Source: Felis catus
Taxonomy: Eukaryota
Direction: 5' to 3'
DNA: 60,000 nt
Assembly: GCF_018350175.1 (NCBI RefSeq)
Contig: NC_058369.1
Span: 188,001 to 248,000, forward strand
A model generated the notes under the pieces. It saw only the letters and a list, made by a program, of their open reading frames with translations, did not search any database and was not told where the DNA came from. Positions 44,485 to 55,995 of the stretch are shown here, piece by piece (the first letter of the stretch is position 1; every line of letters begins with the position of its first letter). Position numbers and translations under genes: made by a program.

Positions 44485-44710
44485 GGGGGCGCCTGGGTGG
44501 CTCAGTCGGTTGAGCGTCCGACTTCGGCTCGGGTCATGAGCTCACGGTTCGTGGGTTCGAGCCCCGCGTCGGGCTCTGTGCTGACCGCTTGCTCAGAGCC
44601 TGAAGCCTGCTTCGGGTTCTGTGTCTCCTTCTCCCTCTGCCCCTCCCCCACTCACGCTTCATCTCACTCTGTTTCTCAAAAATAAGTAAATGTCAAAAAA
44701 TTTTTTAAAA
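44485..44710 (+). mobile_element. CAN-SINE (SINEC_Fc-like)
   Basis: ggggcgcctgggtggctcagtcggttgagcgtccgact head and A-rich tail. Confidence 0.92.
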
Positions 44711-44854
44711 ATTCCCTTGTGCATATATGCTACAGGGTGCGTGCCCTCCTGCTGATGGAGAGCAAAAAGAATACATAGAATTGGAGAATACAGGAACAGG
44801 GTGCTCACTGCACTGTCCTTACAACTTTTCTGTAGGTTTGAAGTCTTTCAAAAA

Positions 44855-45995
44855 ACCGCAGTGAGACATCACTCTGCCCCACGAAGGTGCCGGTAGTCAA
44901 AACAACGGACAATCACCAGCGTCGGGAGGGTGTGGGGAAATCAGAACCCTCAGGCACGGCTGCTGGGGCGTAAGACGGGGCAGCCGTTGTGGACAACGGT
45001 CTAGAAGTTCCTCAACACACTGAACACAGAATTAGTATGTGACCCAGCAATCGCACTACACATATACACGAAAGAAATGAAAGCAAGGCCACACACAAAC
45101 CTGTACACCCACGTCCACGGCAACATAATTCGCAGCGGCCAAAAGGTAGAAACAGCCCTGGGTGGCTCGGTGCATTAAGCACCGGACTTCGGCTCAGGTC
45201 ATGATCTCACGGTTCATGAGTTCGAGCCCCGCGGCAGGCTCTAGCCTGCTTAGGATTCCATGTCTCCCTCTCTCTCTGCTCCTCCCCCGCTCACACTCTG
45301 TCTCTCTCGCTCAAAAATAAATAAACACATTAAACACTTTTTTTAGGGGCACCTAGATGGCTCAGTTGGTTAAGCCTCCGACTCTGGCTCAGGTCATGAT
45401 CTCACAGTTTGTGACTTCGAGCCCCGCGTCGGGATCTGTGCTGACAGCTCAGAGCCTGGAGTCAGCTTTGGATTCTGTGTCTCCCTCTCTCTTTAATGCC
45501 CCTTCCCCACTCACACTCTGTCTGTCTCTCTCTCTCTCAAAAATAAATAAACATTAAAAAAAATTTTTTTTAAAGGTAGAAACAACCAAGTATCCGTCAA
45601 TAGATGGATGATACATACCATGTGTCCACCGCGCACGCGCACGTCCCTCGGCCGCCAGCAGGAACAAGACGCCCACACCCGCCGCCCCGCGGACGGACCC
45701 CGAACACACGACACTCAGGGAGGGAACCCGACACGAGAGGCCACACGGGGTGTGAGTCCACGTGTGTGAAGCGTCCAGAACAGGCTCATCCAGGGACACG
45801 AGGGGGGCTCGTGGGGGCGGGGGCTGTTAGGGGAGGGACTTGAGGTGAATACTAATGGGTCCATGTTTCTTTCTAGGCTGATGGAATATTCTGGAACTAG
45901 ATAGAGATTCTAGGTGATGGCTGACAACTGTGTACTGAAAACAGAGTTGTGTACTTACATGAGGGAATTGTGTGATGTGTGAATTATATTTCAAT
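44855..45995 (+). mobile_element. Old L1M ORF2 end / 3' UTR with GC-rich core, interrupted by two SINEs
   Basis: gtgagacatcact...gacccagcaatc...aaagaaatgaaa; ends gtgaattatatttcaat. Confidence 0.75.
45155..45570 (+). mobile_element. Two head-to-tail CAN-SINEs (45155-45345, 45346-45570) inside one TSD
   Basis: TSD aaaggtagaaaca at 45142-45154 and 45572-45584. Confidence 0.88.
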
Positions 45996-46019
45996 TTTTT
46001 TTAACGTTTATTTATTTTT

Positions 46020-46057
<38 letters not shown>

Positions 46058-46199
46058 ATGAGTAGGGGAAGGGCAGACAGAGAGGGAGACACAGAATGTG
46101 AAGCAGGCTCCAGGCTCTGAGCTGTCAGCACAGAGCTCGACACAGGACTCGAACTCACAGACCGCAGAGATCATTGACCTGAGCCCCCCAGGCGCCCCC
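45995..46199 (-). mobile_element. CAN-SINE with long (AG)n
   Basis: SINEC_Fc-like body flanked by duplicated tatatttcaat. Confidence 0.9.
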
Positions 46200-47599
46200 T
46201 GAACTATATATTTCAATGAAGCTGTTATTAACCTGCAACAACGCCTGGGGCAGGACAGCTTCCTGGGCGTGGGTCCCACCCCTGTCACGCAGAGCCCGAA
46301 GACTGTCCTCCTGGGGGGCAGGGTGGGGAAACTCCAGGAAGGGAAGACTGAGTGTTGCCTGGTGGGAATCAGGATGCTATTCCAAGTTTGTGTGTTGCAC
46401 CCTCTGCCCAGCGAGGTCACGGATTCCCTCATTCCGTCCTTCCAGCCTTCCCTGCCCGGCCCATTTTCCAGAGACACCGAGGCTTGGGGACCCGATACAA
46501 GCATGCAGGGTCCCTCAGGCACTGGCCTCAGGGCTCTGAGTGTGGGGGACATCCTCTCCCAGATGGAAGGGGGCACACACCACGCATGGCCCTCCTGGAG
46601 CCAGGAAGAGAGATCAGGGAATCCCCAGAGCCACAAGGAAGGCATCCCAGCTTCTGGCCAGACCGGTTACCCCTCCAACACGCCATCAGGTCAGGCTTGT
46701 CACCGGGTGCTATTTAAAGGTGCCACCTGGGGCTCTGGCTGCAGGACTGGGTCTATGGCAGCAGACGGACAGGGACTGGAGCCCTGGGATGTGTCCTGTG
46801 TGGGGCTTTGGGGAAGCTGCTGACCCACTCAGCCTCGGTTTCCCCATCTGTCAATGACATCTCTTGGCTCTGAGTCTGTGAAGGTTCACTGTGCTATTCT
46901 CAGGATCCAGGGCACAGGGTGCCTCCCAGTGGGCCCTGGGTGTGTCTGTGAATGATGAGCAGGTGTGGCTGTAAACGGAGCCACGCCATTCCCACCTCGG
47001 ACATGCAGCTCTGAACGCTGGGCACAGGGTGCTGGCCTCAGTCATCACCCATGCCCCTGTCAGCCGGCCACAGATGTGCTCATGTGTCCATCCGCCGTCA
47101 GCCACCTTCCCGCCCCCAGCACCCCATCCACCCCCCTGCTCCAACACCTGTAGCACAGCATTCCCAGGCGTTCACTTGCTCCCCTACCTACATGCCTCCC
47201 CGTGCCCACCCCTCAGTGAAGACCCTGCCCCTGAGCCTCTCAGGGAGTTCAGTCTGGAGGGCAGACAAATCCCACCTGGGCATGCCCAGTGCAGGGACCT
47301 GGCTGGCACGGACACGCAGGCCAGAACTTCCCACCCAGTCTCTGACCCCTGAGCTGCTCCATTTCTCCCGGTATCTCTCAGATCTCTCTATCTCTCTCTG
47401 TCTCTGTGTCTCTTAGCCGCCTTTCCTCGTGTGTCTCAGAGTCTCTGTCTCTCCATCTTCGTCTTTGTCTCTCCCGTAGCTGTCTCCCTCTGCGTCTCCA
47501 CGGGCTCGCCTCTCTCACACCCACGCCCCCGCAGCCCCTGCAGGCTAACCCGGTGACTCAGGAACACGCACTGCTGCCCTCCCCATCCCGCAGGACAAA

Positions 47600-47927
47600 C
47601 ACGCGCGGAGGCAGGAATGTTTTCCCGAGTGGGCCCCGCCCCGCGTCCTGGTCCCGCCCCAGCCGCTTCGTTGCCCCGCCCCTGCAGCGTTTGCCCCGCC
47701 CCCCCACGACGCCCCATTGGCCAGCCCCAGCCTCTCCATTGGTTGGCTCATTGATTGCGGCCCCGCCCCCGGCCCCGCCCCGCCCCCTGTGGAGCGGCTC
47801 CCGCCCCCGAGGCTCCCTATTGGCCCGCATGGGCCGGCCCCTCCGGGCGCCCCGCCCCCGTCCCGGCGATGGCCCGGCCGCGGACGCGCGGGGAGACAGG
47901 AGAGGGCGGCGAGCCGGGCGCGGGGAC
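47600..47927 (+). promoter_or_regulatory. FGF22 CpG-island promoter
   Basis: Several GC boxes; reverse CCAAT (ATTGG) at 47716, 47738 and 47819. Confidence 0.75.
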
Positions 47928-48141
47928 ATGCGCGGCCGCCTGTGGCTGAGCCTGGTGTGGCTGCTGCTGGCGCGGGCGTCCGGCGCCGCGGGGACCCCAA
48001 ACAGCCCGCGGAGACCGCGCAGCTACCCACACCTGGAGGGCGACGTGCGCTGGAGGCGCCTCTTCTCCTCCACCCACTTCTTCCTGCGAGTGGACCCCAG
48101 CGGCCGCGTGCAGGGCACCCGCTGGCGTCACGGAGCTGACA
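47928..48141 (+). CDS. FGF22: FGF22 exon 1 (coding part)
   Basis: MRGRLW...TRWRHGAD; donor A|gtgagt. Confidence 0.95.
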
Positions 48142-51020
48142 GTGAGTCCGGGGAGGGGGTCCAAGGCAGACAGGCCGGCAGTACCAACAAGGGCAACATG
48201 ATAGTAAGGATGAGCCGGGCCCTCCTGCGCGCGTGGGAGCGTCCCAGAGGCTCCTCTGGCTGTGTGTGTGCTGTTGGCCAAGTCGCTTCCCGTCGGGGAC
48301 CTCAGTATTCTCAACTGTGAAATGGGCCCAGCCCACACGGTGGAAGGGTTGGACAGTTAAAGTAAAGGTCACCGAGGAAGCTCCTGGCTCTGGGCCTGGC
48401 TCCGCAGCACAGAAAGGTCTTTGCAGAATAGTCGAGGCTGGGGTCACTGGGGCCATCTACAGAAGGGCAACTCTGCTCCTGGAAGAGCCCCCGGGGGGCC
48501 CAGTTACATCATGAAGTGGAGGCAGAGCTGGGGTCTGGACTCTGGACTTCCCACACTGCAAATCCAAACTCAGGATCTGCCTGAGTTAGGGACCCCTCTA
48601 TTTCTTCCTAGGCATCCTTTTGGTAGATGAGGAAACTGAGGCACAGAGAGGGAAAATGAGCAGCCCTGGGACACACTGCTGGGGTGGGGGCAGGGGTGTC
48701 GCTGGGGCTCCTTCATGCCCATAACCTTGTCAAGATGTCCTGCCCAGCAAACAGCAGGCACTCAGTGTTGGTGGGATGTATGAGGCAAGAGGGGACATGG
48801 GCCCAAAGAGAAGCTAGAGCCTGGGACAGCTGGGGACAGTCAGTGGCCCCCGGTCCTGTCCCAGTCTCCGGAGAGCTCTGAGGCCCAGGTCAGGGAACAG
48901 GGTGGGGCGTGGGGGGCGGTGGCTGATCACTGGCCACTGCCTGAATCACCACCATTAGGGCAGATAATCACCCCCTGCCCCTCCAGCTGCTTTCATCGGG
49001 CTCCCAGGGCTCTCATTAGGTTCACCGGACAAGGGCGATGACAGGGGGACTGGCTGGGCCAGTTGCTCAGCGGTGGGCACAGGCAGGCAGGGTGGCCTCA
49101 AGATGGGTGTGGGGCCTGGATCTGCCAGGCGACTTGGGACAGTCGCTGTTTCTGTCTGAGCTGCACCTTCCCCATCTGGACAGCAGGGGCAGTGACATGG
49201 CTGATGGCTCCACAGGGTGGGGGTGGGGGGGTCCTTGGAGCTCTTCTCTCCTTCATTAATTCTGTGGTTCCTAATTGGGCACCTATTGTAGGCTGCCTTG
49301 GGCACGGGGGACGTAGCAGTGACCAGGACAGCCACCTTCATGGGGCTCCCACAGCAGAGTAAAGCAGTAAAACAAATGAACAGCTAATGTGGTAATTTCA
49401 CAGGAGGCCACAAAGGGTGCAAAGAAAATGAAAACAGAGTGACGTCCAGGAGATGACTGGGTGGCAGCTTTATCTGAGAGGTCTGGGGCTTCTCCATGGA
49501 GGTGGGCTTGGGTTGGCTTTCATATAGGGCGAAGGAGCTGGCATGGTGACACTCAGGACCACACAGGCCCTGCGGGAGCACCCCAAAGATGTGGGGGTCA
49601 CCGAGGGGGCAGGAAGGACACTTGAGCCAGCGTGAAGGCTCGCCCTGGTCCTGCCAAGTGGGAGGAAGTCAGCAGGGCAAGGACCACTTTCCTTTCTGAC
49701 AGAGGAAATAGGAGGAACAAAGGCCCCATGCAACAGAGTGAGCTCCCCATCACCTCGGGCATCCAAGTCCAGACTGAAGACCAGAGGGCAAGGCCTTGAC
49801 TCCAGATTAGGCCCCAGTACATGGGGGGGGGGGGGGGGAAGGTTGAGGCTGTGGGTGGCTGCTCATCCCACAGTTCTACTTCACTGAGCAGCTCAGAGTG
49901 GGACAGAGTCACCCAGGGTCACCCATCTGCAAGTCAGGCCCAAAGCTGGCTCTGCCACTTCCCAGGCTCAGTTTCCCTCTCTAGGAAGGAGACTCAGCAG
50001 GCACCTCCCACCTGGGGTTGATACGTGGGCTTGGTGGGGCACGGCGCTCCAGCAGCATCCGTGCTGTGCTCACGGAGTTGAGCACGGTAATCTGTAGACA
50101 CCCCGTGTCCCGCCTCCAGGCCTTCGCCTGGACCATGCCTCCCCTCTGGAGGCCAACTGGGGGGTCTACGCCCATCACACCCGTCACTTGTTCTGACACC
50201 ACGGCTTGCCCAGGCCATCCCCTGCCTCCTCTGGCTTGGTTTTCTCACCCTTGACCTAACTCAGTGCCCTCCTGCCCCGCTGACTTCCCCCCGCTTGGCA
50301 GGACTGATCCTGTCTTGAGCCTTCACATTGGCTCGAGTGTCCTTCCTGCCCCTTGGTCACCCCCACATCTTTGGGGTGCTCCTGCAGGGCCTGTGTGGTC
50401 CCGTGTGTCACCATGCCCATCACAGGGCCAAGCACACAGTAGGTGCTTGGTGAATGTCACCTGAACGAACGAATGAAAGAACGAACGAGCGAGAGTGCAC
50501 AGGTGAGTAGATGGCGGACCGTGGGCCCTGACTGCCCCCTGCCCCCAGGCATCATTGAGATCCGCTCCATCCGTGTGGGCGTCGTGGCCCTCAAGGCTGT
50601 GCACACCGGCTTCTACGTGGCCATGAACCGCGGGGGCCGTCTCTACGGGTCGGTGAGTGCACAGTGTATGTGGTGGTCGGGGGCGGGTGGGTGTCCAGTG
50701 CGGGGACCAGTGTCTGGGGGACAGGCGGGGTGTCCCGTGGGGGACGGGGCGTCCGGGGCGGGGCGGGGTGTCCGGTGGGCGCGCAGGTATCCGGTGGCCT
50801 GCCTCACACACCCGACCCCCCGAAGCGGGTCTACACCGCCCACTGCAGGTTCCAGGAGCGCATCGAGGAGAACGGCTATAACACCTACGCCTCGCTCCGC
50901 TGGCGTCACCGCGGTCGGCCCATGTTCCTGGCGCTGGATGGGCAGGGGTCCCCGAGGCGCGGTGGCCGGACACAGCGGCACCACCTGTCCACCCACTTCC
51001 TGCCCGTCCTGGTCTCCTGA
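47928..51020 (+). CDS. FGF22: Fibroblast growth factor 22 (3 exons, 513 nt, 170 aa)
   Basis: join(47928-48141,50549-50652,50826-51020); signal peptide [55 protein letters not shown]. Confidence 0.96.
49540..50417. repeat. Inverted duplication, arms ~49540-49683 and ~50270-50417
   Basis: For example gagcaccccaaagatgtggggg versus cccccacatctttggggtgctc. Confidence 0.9.
50549..50652 (+). CDS. FGF22: FGF22 exon 2
   Basis: [17 protein letters not shown]...RLYGS. Confidence 0.95.
50826..51020 (+). CDS. FGF22: FGF22 exon 3 (coding part)
   Basis: [18 protein letters not shown]...LVS-stop; acceptor aag|. Confidence 0.93.
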   Translation, partial: RVYTAHCRFQERIEENGYNTYASLRWRHRGRPMFLALDGQGSPRRGGRTQRHHLSTHFLPVLVS

Positions 51021-52408
51021 GGTTCCCAGGGGCCACGAGGAGCAGCTGGACAGAGATCCCACAAGATGCCCGAGCTGCACGGCCAGGGGCTGGGGAAGCC
51101 CAGGCCCTGGCAAAGCACGTCTGGTCACTCCTCTGTTCCACAAGCGATAACGGTGTGTCCGCAGTGTGCCGGGCTGGGGACACTGCACGACCCCCACAGA
51201 TGCAGCCTGACTCCCAGGGGGCTCCTGTCTGAGTCTGCGGGGAGGTGGACGCTCAGCTGAGCACAGGCTGCAGGTGTCCGTTCACAGGCTGGGAGGGCAC
51301 GGAGGCCCCACTCACCACCCGGGACGGAGACTGAAGGATGTGGCCGTGTGCTCACCGGAAGGTCTGGGAAGGGCACTCCGGGCCGGACCCGGCCTGGGCA
51401 GAGGCTCTGAGGTGGGAACCCACCGGTGTCCGAGGCAGGGAGGAGGTCTGAGGGCCAAGAGAGAGAGGGCAACGTGGATATGCCTGGGTCACAGGTCCCC
51501 ATTCTGGTCCTGGGACCTGCAGATGTGTCACCCATGTGGCAGAGGGGACCTTTCAAGGCCCCCTTTCGGGGGGGGGGGGGCAGTGTCCTCACGAGGTCCT
51601 CTCGAGAGGGAGGCAGAGAGACAGGCAGACCCCGAGCTGCTGGCCCTGAGGATGAGGAGGGGCCACGGGTGGGCCAAGGGGGCTTCATGCCAGTGTCCTT
51701 CAGGAGCTCAGGGTCCCGGGGAGGCTGTGCCTGCTGCCCGCCGGGCACCCCTGAGCCCTCCCCGCCCAGCCCAGCACCAACGGAAGCAAAGGGGGCGGAG
51801 CTCAGAGCCCAGGTCCAAACCCAGCTCTGCAGCCGGCCCGAGCGAGATGGGATATTCTGCTGCGGGAAGGGGACAGTCCCTGGGGTGGGGGTGTGTGCAG
51901 CCCAGACGCTCACTGGGGTCAAGGCCCCTGGTCCCCGCCCGCCCCCCGCGGCCACACAAACACACACGCAGTCAGGCTCCCAGCGGGCAGGGGGCGGGGT
52001 GGCGCTGCCGACAGGCCCCGCCTCAGCTCACCTTCTGCAACACCGTGAAGCTGCCGCCCGCCCCGGGTCCCGGGGTCCCGGGGTCCCCGGGTTCTGCGGC
52101 CACGGAGCCCGCCAACGCCGGAGAAGCTCGGCCCGCCCCTGGCGCCGACGCGGAAGGAAGACCCCGAACTACCTGCTTCTCTAAGTAGGTGTATTTTTAA
52201 ATAGCTTTCAAGATACACGTATTTTTTCCTTTAAAAAATGTCTGTCGGAGCAGTTTTGTTCTCGTTTTGCTGGTCATCCTGTGGTCCCGAGCTCCCGGCG
52301 CCTGGGTTGGGGGCTGGCGACCCGTCCAGGCGTCGCGGAGACCACGGCCTAGCGGCTCCACCCGCTCTCTCCACAGATCATGCAGGCCGCACGTGAGCTA
52401 AACGTCCA

Positions 52409-52414
52409 TTTATT
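52409..52414 (-). terminator. Candidate RNF126 poly(A) signal
   Basis: TTTATT on + within an AT-rich block ~350 nt past the stop; a second AT-rich block at 52185-52270 may mark a longer UTR. Confidence 0.55.
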
Positions 52415-52764
52415 TCAAAGCAGTAATAATTTAAAATTATAAAAACCTTTCCGCCGTCGAATGTGTAGGGGTGAGGTTAGAGACAAACGGGTGGGGGGGT
52501 CGACGCGTGCCCAGGCTCCTGCGCGACACACTCCGCGGGGAGGGCTGAGCCTGCTCCGGCCCGGCGGGGGGGCTGCGGTCCTCGAGGCTCGGCCGGCGGT
52601 GGCGGTGGCGGTGGCGGTGGCGGGCGCGGGGGTGGTGCGGGGGCGGAGGCAGGCGGGGGTACCTCCAGGCTCCAGCCCCGCCGCGCCGCCCCCTGTCCCG
52701 CCCCGCCCCGCCGGGCCTGGCAAGGCCCAGGTCCTGTGCCCTCTCTGGAGGCCGGCCGGCGCGC

Positions 52765-52914
52765 TCACGAGTTGCCCGCTGGGTTTTCGTTGCTCGGCGA
52801 GCTCGAGGATGACGAGGACGACGAGGACGAGAAGCTCACGCCGCTCAGGCCCGGGGGGTTGGTGGCCGTGTTCTGTCCGGTGAGGCTCTTCCGGCACACG
52901 GGGCAGCTGTCGTG
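52765..52914 (-). CDS. RNF126: RNF126 exon 9
   Basis: [11 protein letters not shown]...[12 protein letters not shown]. Confidence 0.94.
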   Translation of the reverse strand, partial: HDSCPVCRKSLTGQNTATNPPGLSGVSFSSSSSSSSSSSPSNENPAGNS

Positions 52915-55900
52915 CTGTGTGGGGACAGCGGGGGGGGGGGGAGGGGGTGTGTGTGGTGAGGGGCCGAGCCTGCGGCGGGGGCGGGGGCAGGGGCCAGGGT
53001 TCGGCCTGGGGGTGGGCAGGGGCCGGCTCACCTGCTGCAGCCAGGGAACGATGCAGCCGTCGTGGAAGAGGTGACTGCAGGGCAGCTGCCGCACGCGCTC
53101 TCCCAGCCCGTAGTCGTCCTTGCACACGGGACACTCCAGCCCGGAGCCTGCAGGGCAGGGAGCCTGTGACGGCGGAGACCGGGGAACCCCCCACCCCAGG
53201 TGTCCCCGGGAGGGGGCGAGCCACTCACCTACGTGTTCCTCGGTGACGGGGACGGTGGGGAGGGCCTGGATCTTCTCTTTGTCTGCTGGGGGGGGGCCCG
53301 TGTTTTCAAACTGATTGAGGAGCTGAAAGACAAGAGGCCAGAGTGCCAGGAGCTCGGCAGGCAGGCGCGGCCCCTCGCCCCGCGGGGCTCTGAAATGCAA
53401 GGCCGGGTTACCTGCAAAAGCACCAAGGCTGTGTTTTTCTGGGGCCCCGGACCCCCCCTCCGCCAAGGCTGAGCCCCCTTGCCCCCCACGCCTGTCCACT
53501 CTTCTGCTCATCCTGTCGGGGTCACCCTGCAGCCAGGGAGGCCCCTCCCAGCGCCGAGGGTCCCACCCTAAGTCCTCTCACCCGCTAGAACCAAAGGGCT
53601 GGGCCTGGCTGTGGCCACGTTCACCACCAGTTCACCAGCGAAAAGGCCACAAAGTTGGCAGCATTCCTACCGCACAAGGGCCACCAAGGTCATGGTGAAC
53701 ACCCCATCCCCAGGGACAGCTCAGGAGAACGCGCAGGTCCACACGGGGCCCCCCGGCCTCAGGATGGGAGTTATGGGGAGCAGGGCATCCACACCAGGGA
53801 CATCCTGGTCCCTAGAAGATGGTGACACCCTGGTGCCCACCTCGGGGAGGCCACCCTGTACCTGCGTGATGATGGCATCCAGGCCGTTGGCCCCCCAGGC
53901 GTAGTCCATCGGGTTTGAGTGCAGGACACCCCTGGGCAGAGAGGTCTGGGGTTCAAGTGGCAGAGGGGCTGGGCAGGGCGCAAGGGGACCCGCCCACCTA
54001 CTCACCAGGGGCCCAGGCCCAGGCTGGGGATGCTGGCAGGAGTGATGATGCCATTGACCAGCTGCTGGATGATCCTGGAACAGAGCGGGGCCCGGCCTGT
54101 GGTCAGCGCCCTCCAAGGCTGGGCACCCCCAGGGGAGGCAGCAGAGGACACACGTGTCCGGCTTTGAGCTTCACGGTGTTTTAAAGGTTGCGTTTTCAAC
54201 CAGCAAGATTCGCAAGCAATCAAACACAAGACAGGCGGAGAAAAGTGTCTCCCTTGCAGATTTTCGGGCCAGCTTTCCCAGGGGCCTGGACCGTGCCCGT
54301 TAACTCGTGACCACACCTGCTCCCCATTTTACAACCTGGGGGGTGGGGATCCCCAGCCCTGCTGTTTGCAGACGCTCCGCAACGTCCGGCTGAGGTCACG
54401 GCGACGCCCGTGTCCGAGCCTGGGGGCGAGGGGCTGCTACAGGGCAGCTCACGAACACGAGACACCTGGGGGGTCAGGGCAGCCCAGGCTGTGTCCTGGG
54501 CTGGAACGGAACAGAGCAGAGAGCGTCGGGGCTCCCTGTGACACAGGCACTTCTGTGCACAGCCTGGTTGCATCTACGAAGATGCTGGAGGACCCTATGT
54601 TCTCTGGGAGTGGGGCCCTCAGAAAAATGTTTCCTTTTCACCCCAAGTCCTCTGAACAAGCCTCAGGTTACAGAGAAGCCGTTCCTGGTGCCGGTGCCGA
54701 CGCCGACGCCGACACGGAGGGAGCTCGGGGCTTTGTGGTGGAGCAGGGGGGCCCCAAACCCACCCCACTTGCCTGCCGCCCTGGGAGACAAGGACCCAAA
54801 TGTGAATCGGCCATGTCTGAACAGATGGGGGTGAGGGAGTCGGGGGACAGACACCCCTCCAGAAGGATGGAAGGCACTGAGTGGACGAGAGGCCCCCCGG
54901 GCCACACTGTAGGGGCCCCCCTCCACAGCTCTTCAGCACGGGGGGCTCTGCCTGGACGCACAGGGGAAGTGCCCCGCCCACAGGTCAGCCCCAGAGCTAG
55001 CATCCGCCCCTCTGTAACCACAGAACCTTCTGGAGGGGCAGACGGTCAGGCCACCTAAGTCAGGGTGGGGCAGGCTGCAAGACTCTCGGGAGCGTCCCAC
55101 CCGCTGGCTGCCCCCAAGCGCCCTCACCCTTCCAGCGTGGGGACGCCTTCGTGCCGGCCGGTGGCCCGTCGTGCAGTGAGGCGGGCGCGAGGCTGCCGGG
55201 CGCCATACCGGTGCCGGGAGTGCTGCTCTCTCTCCCGACGGCTCTCAGGGTCCCTGCCCTCGTCGGCCTGCACCCCAGGGGGGAACGTGGGGATCTCGAA
55301 GCTGTCGTCAAAGATGCCGAAAGCAAACTGCCCGTAGCCCTGTGGCAGTGTGAACAGGTGCTGGTCCGCGTTCTGTGAGGGGGAGGGCAATGTGACCATG
55401 GGGCGGGGGGAGGGCAGGGCCCCGAGGACCTTCTGTGGGGAGGAGGGCCATGGGACCGTGGGGGGGGCGGGGGGGGGGCGGCACAGGAGCCCTGAGCGGC
55501 CACCTGGGTCCTACCTGACCCAGCCCCTTGCCTGGACCCCAAGTCTCCTCCGTGTGCCACGGGGCCCCGTCCCAGGCTTGGGGCTCTGAGGGTTGAGGAT
55601 ACAGCAGGGGAGCCTTGGCATGTGTGGGAGAAACGAGGAAGGACAGGTCCCAGTGGTCAAGGGTCAGGTGGGAGGACCGGTCCACATGGGGAGGGGAGGG
55701 CAATCTGGGGCCCAACTCACCTCAAACGGTGGCCTGCTCTGGTCCGTGGGGGCTGTGGAGGGGGCGGAACCATTCTCTGTACTCCTGGGAGGATGGGGTG
55801 TCCTGAGTCAGGAGAGAGGGAAGCCCTCTCCACCTCTCACCCCTGCCCGCCGCGGCCTGTCCAGGCTCTGCCCGCCCACAGCCCCGCCCACCCCAAGGGG

Positions 55901-55995
55901 CCTGGGCGCTGCCAGCGTGCACCTGGGCCGGGTTACCTGGTCTCTTCGGGAAGCTCCTCAATAAAACCAGACTCGCATCTGGGGCAGGTGTAATC
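52765..55995 (-). CDS. RNF126: E3 ubiquitin ligase RNF126, exons 2-9 (exon 1 outside the window)
   Basis: Zn-finger half [16 protein letters not shown]2 CPVCKDDY...[23 protein letters not shown], poly-Ser tail; exon phases consistent. Confidence 0.96.
53032..53147 (-). CDS. RNF126: RNF126 exon 8
   Basis: [12 protein letters not shown]...VPWLQQ. Confidence 0.95.
53229..53322 (-). CDS. RNF126: RNF126 exon 7
   Basis: [18 protein letters not shown]...EEHV. Confidence 0.95.
53862..53931 (-). CDS. RNF126: RNF126 exon 6
   Basis: [23 protein letters not shown]. Confidence 0.95.
54006..54074 (-). CDS. RNF126: RNF126 exon 5
   Basis: [22 protein letters not shown]. Confidence 0.94.
55128..55372 (-). 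CDS. RNF126: RNF126 exon 4
   Basis: [19 protein letters not shown]...GVPTLE. Confidence 0.95.
55721..55784 (-). CDS. RNF126: RNF126 exon 3
   Basis: [21 protein letters not shown]. Confidence 0.93.
55937..55995 (-). CDS. RNF126: RNF126 exon 2
   Basis: [19 protein letters not shown]. Confidence 0.94.

Noticed and set aside
51125..52188. Overlapping 250-300 aa ORFs between FGF22 and RNF126
   Set aside because: No recognisable homology or splice structure; likely UTR or intergenic GC-rich sequence
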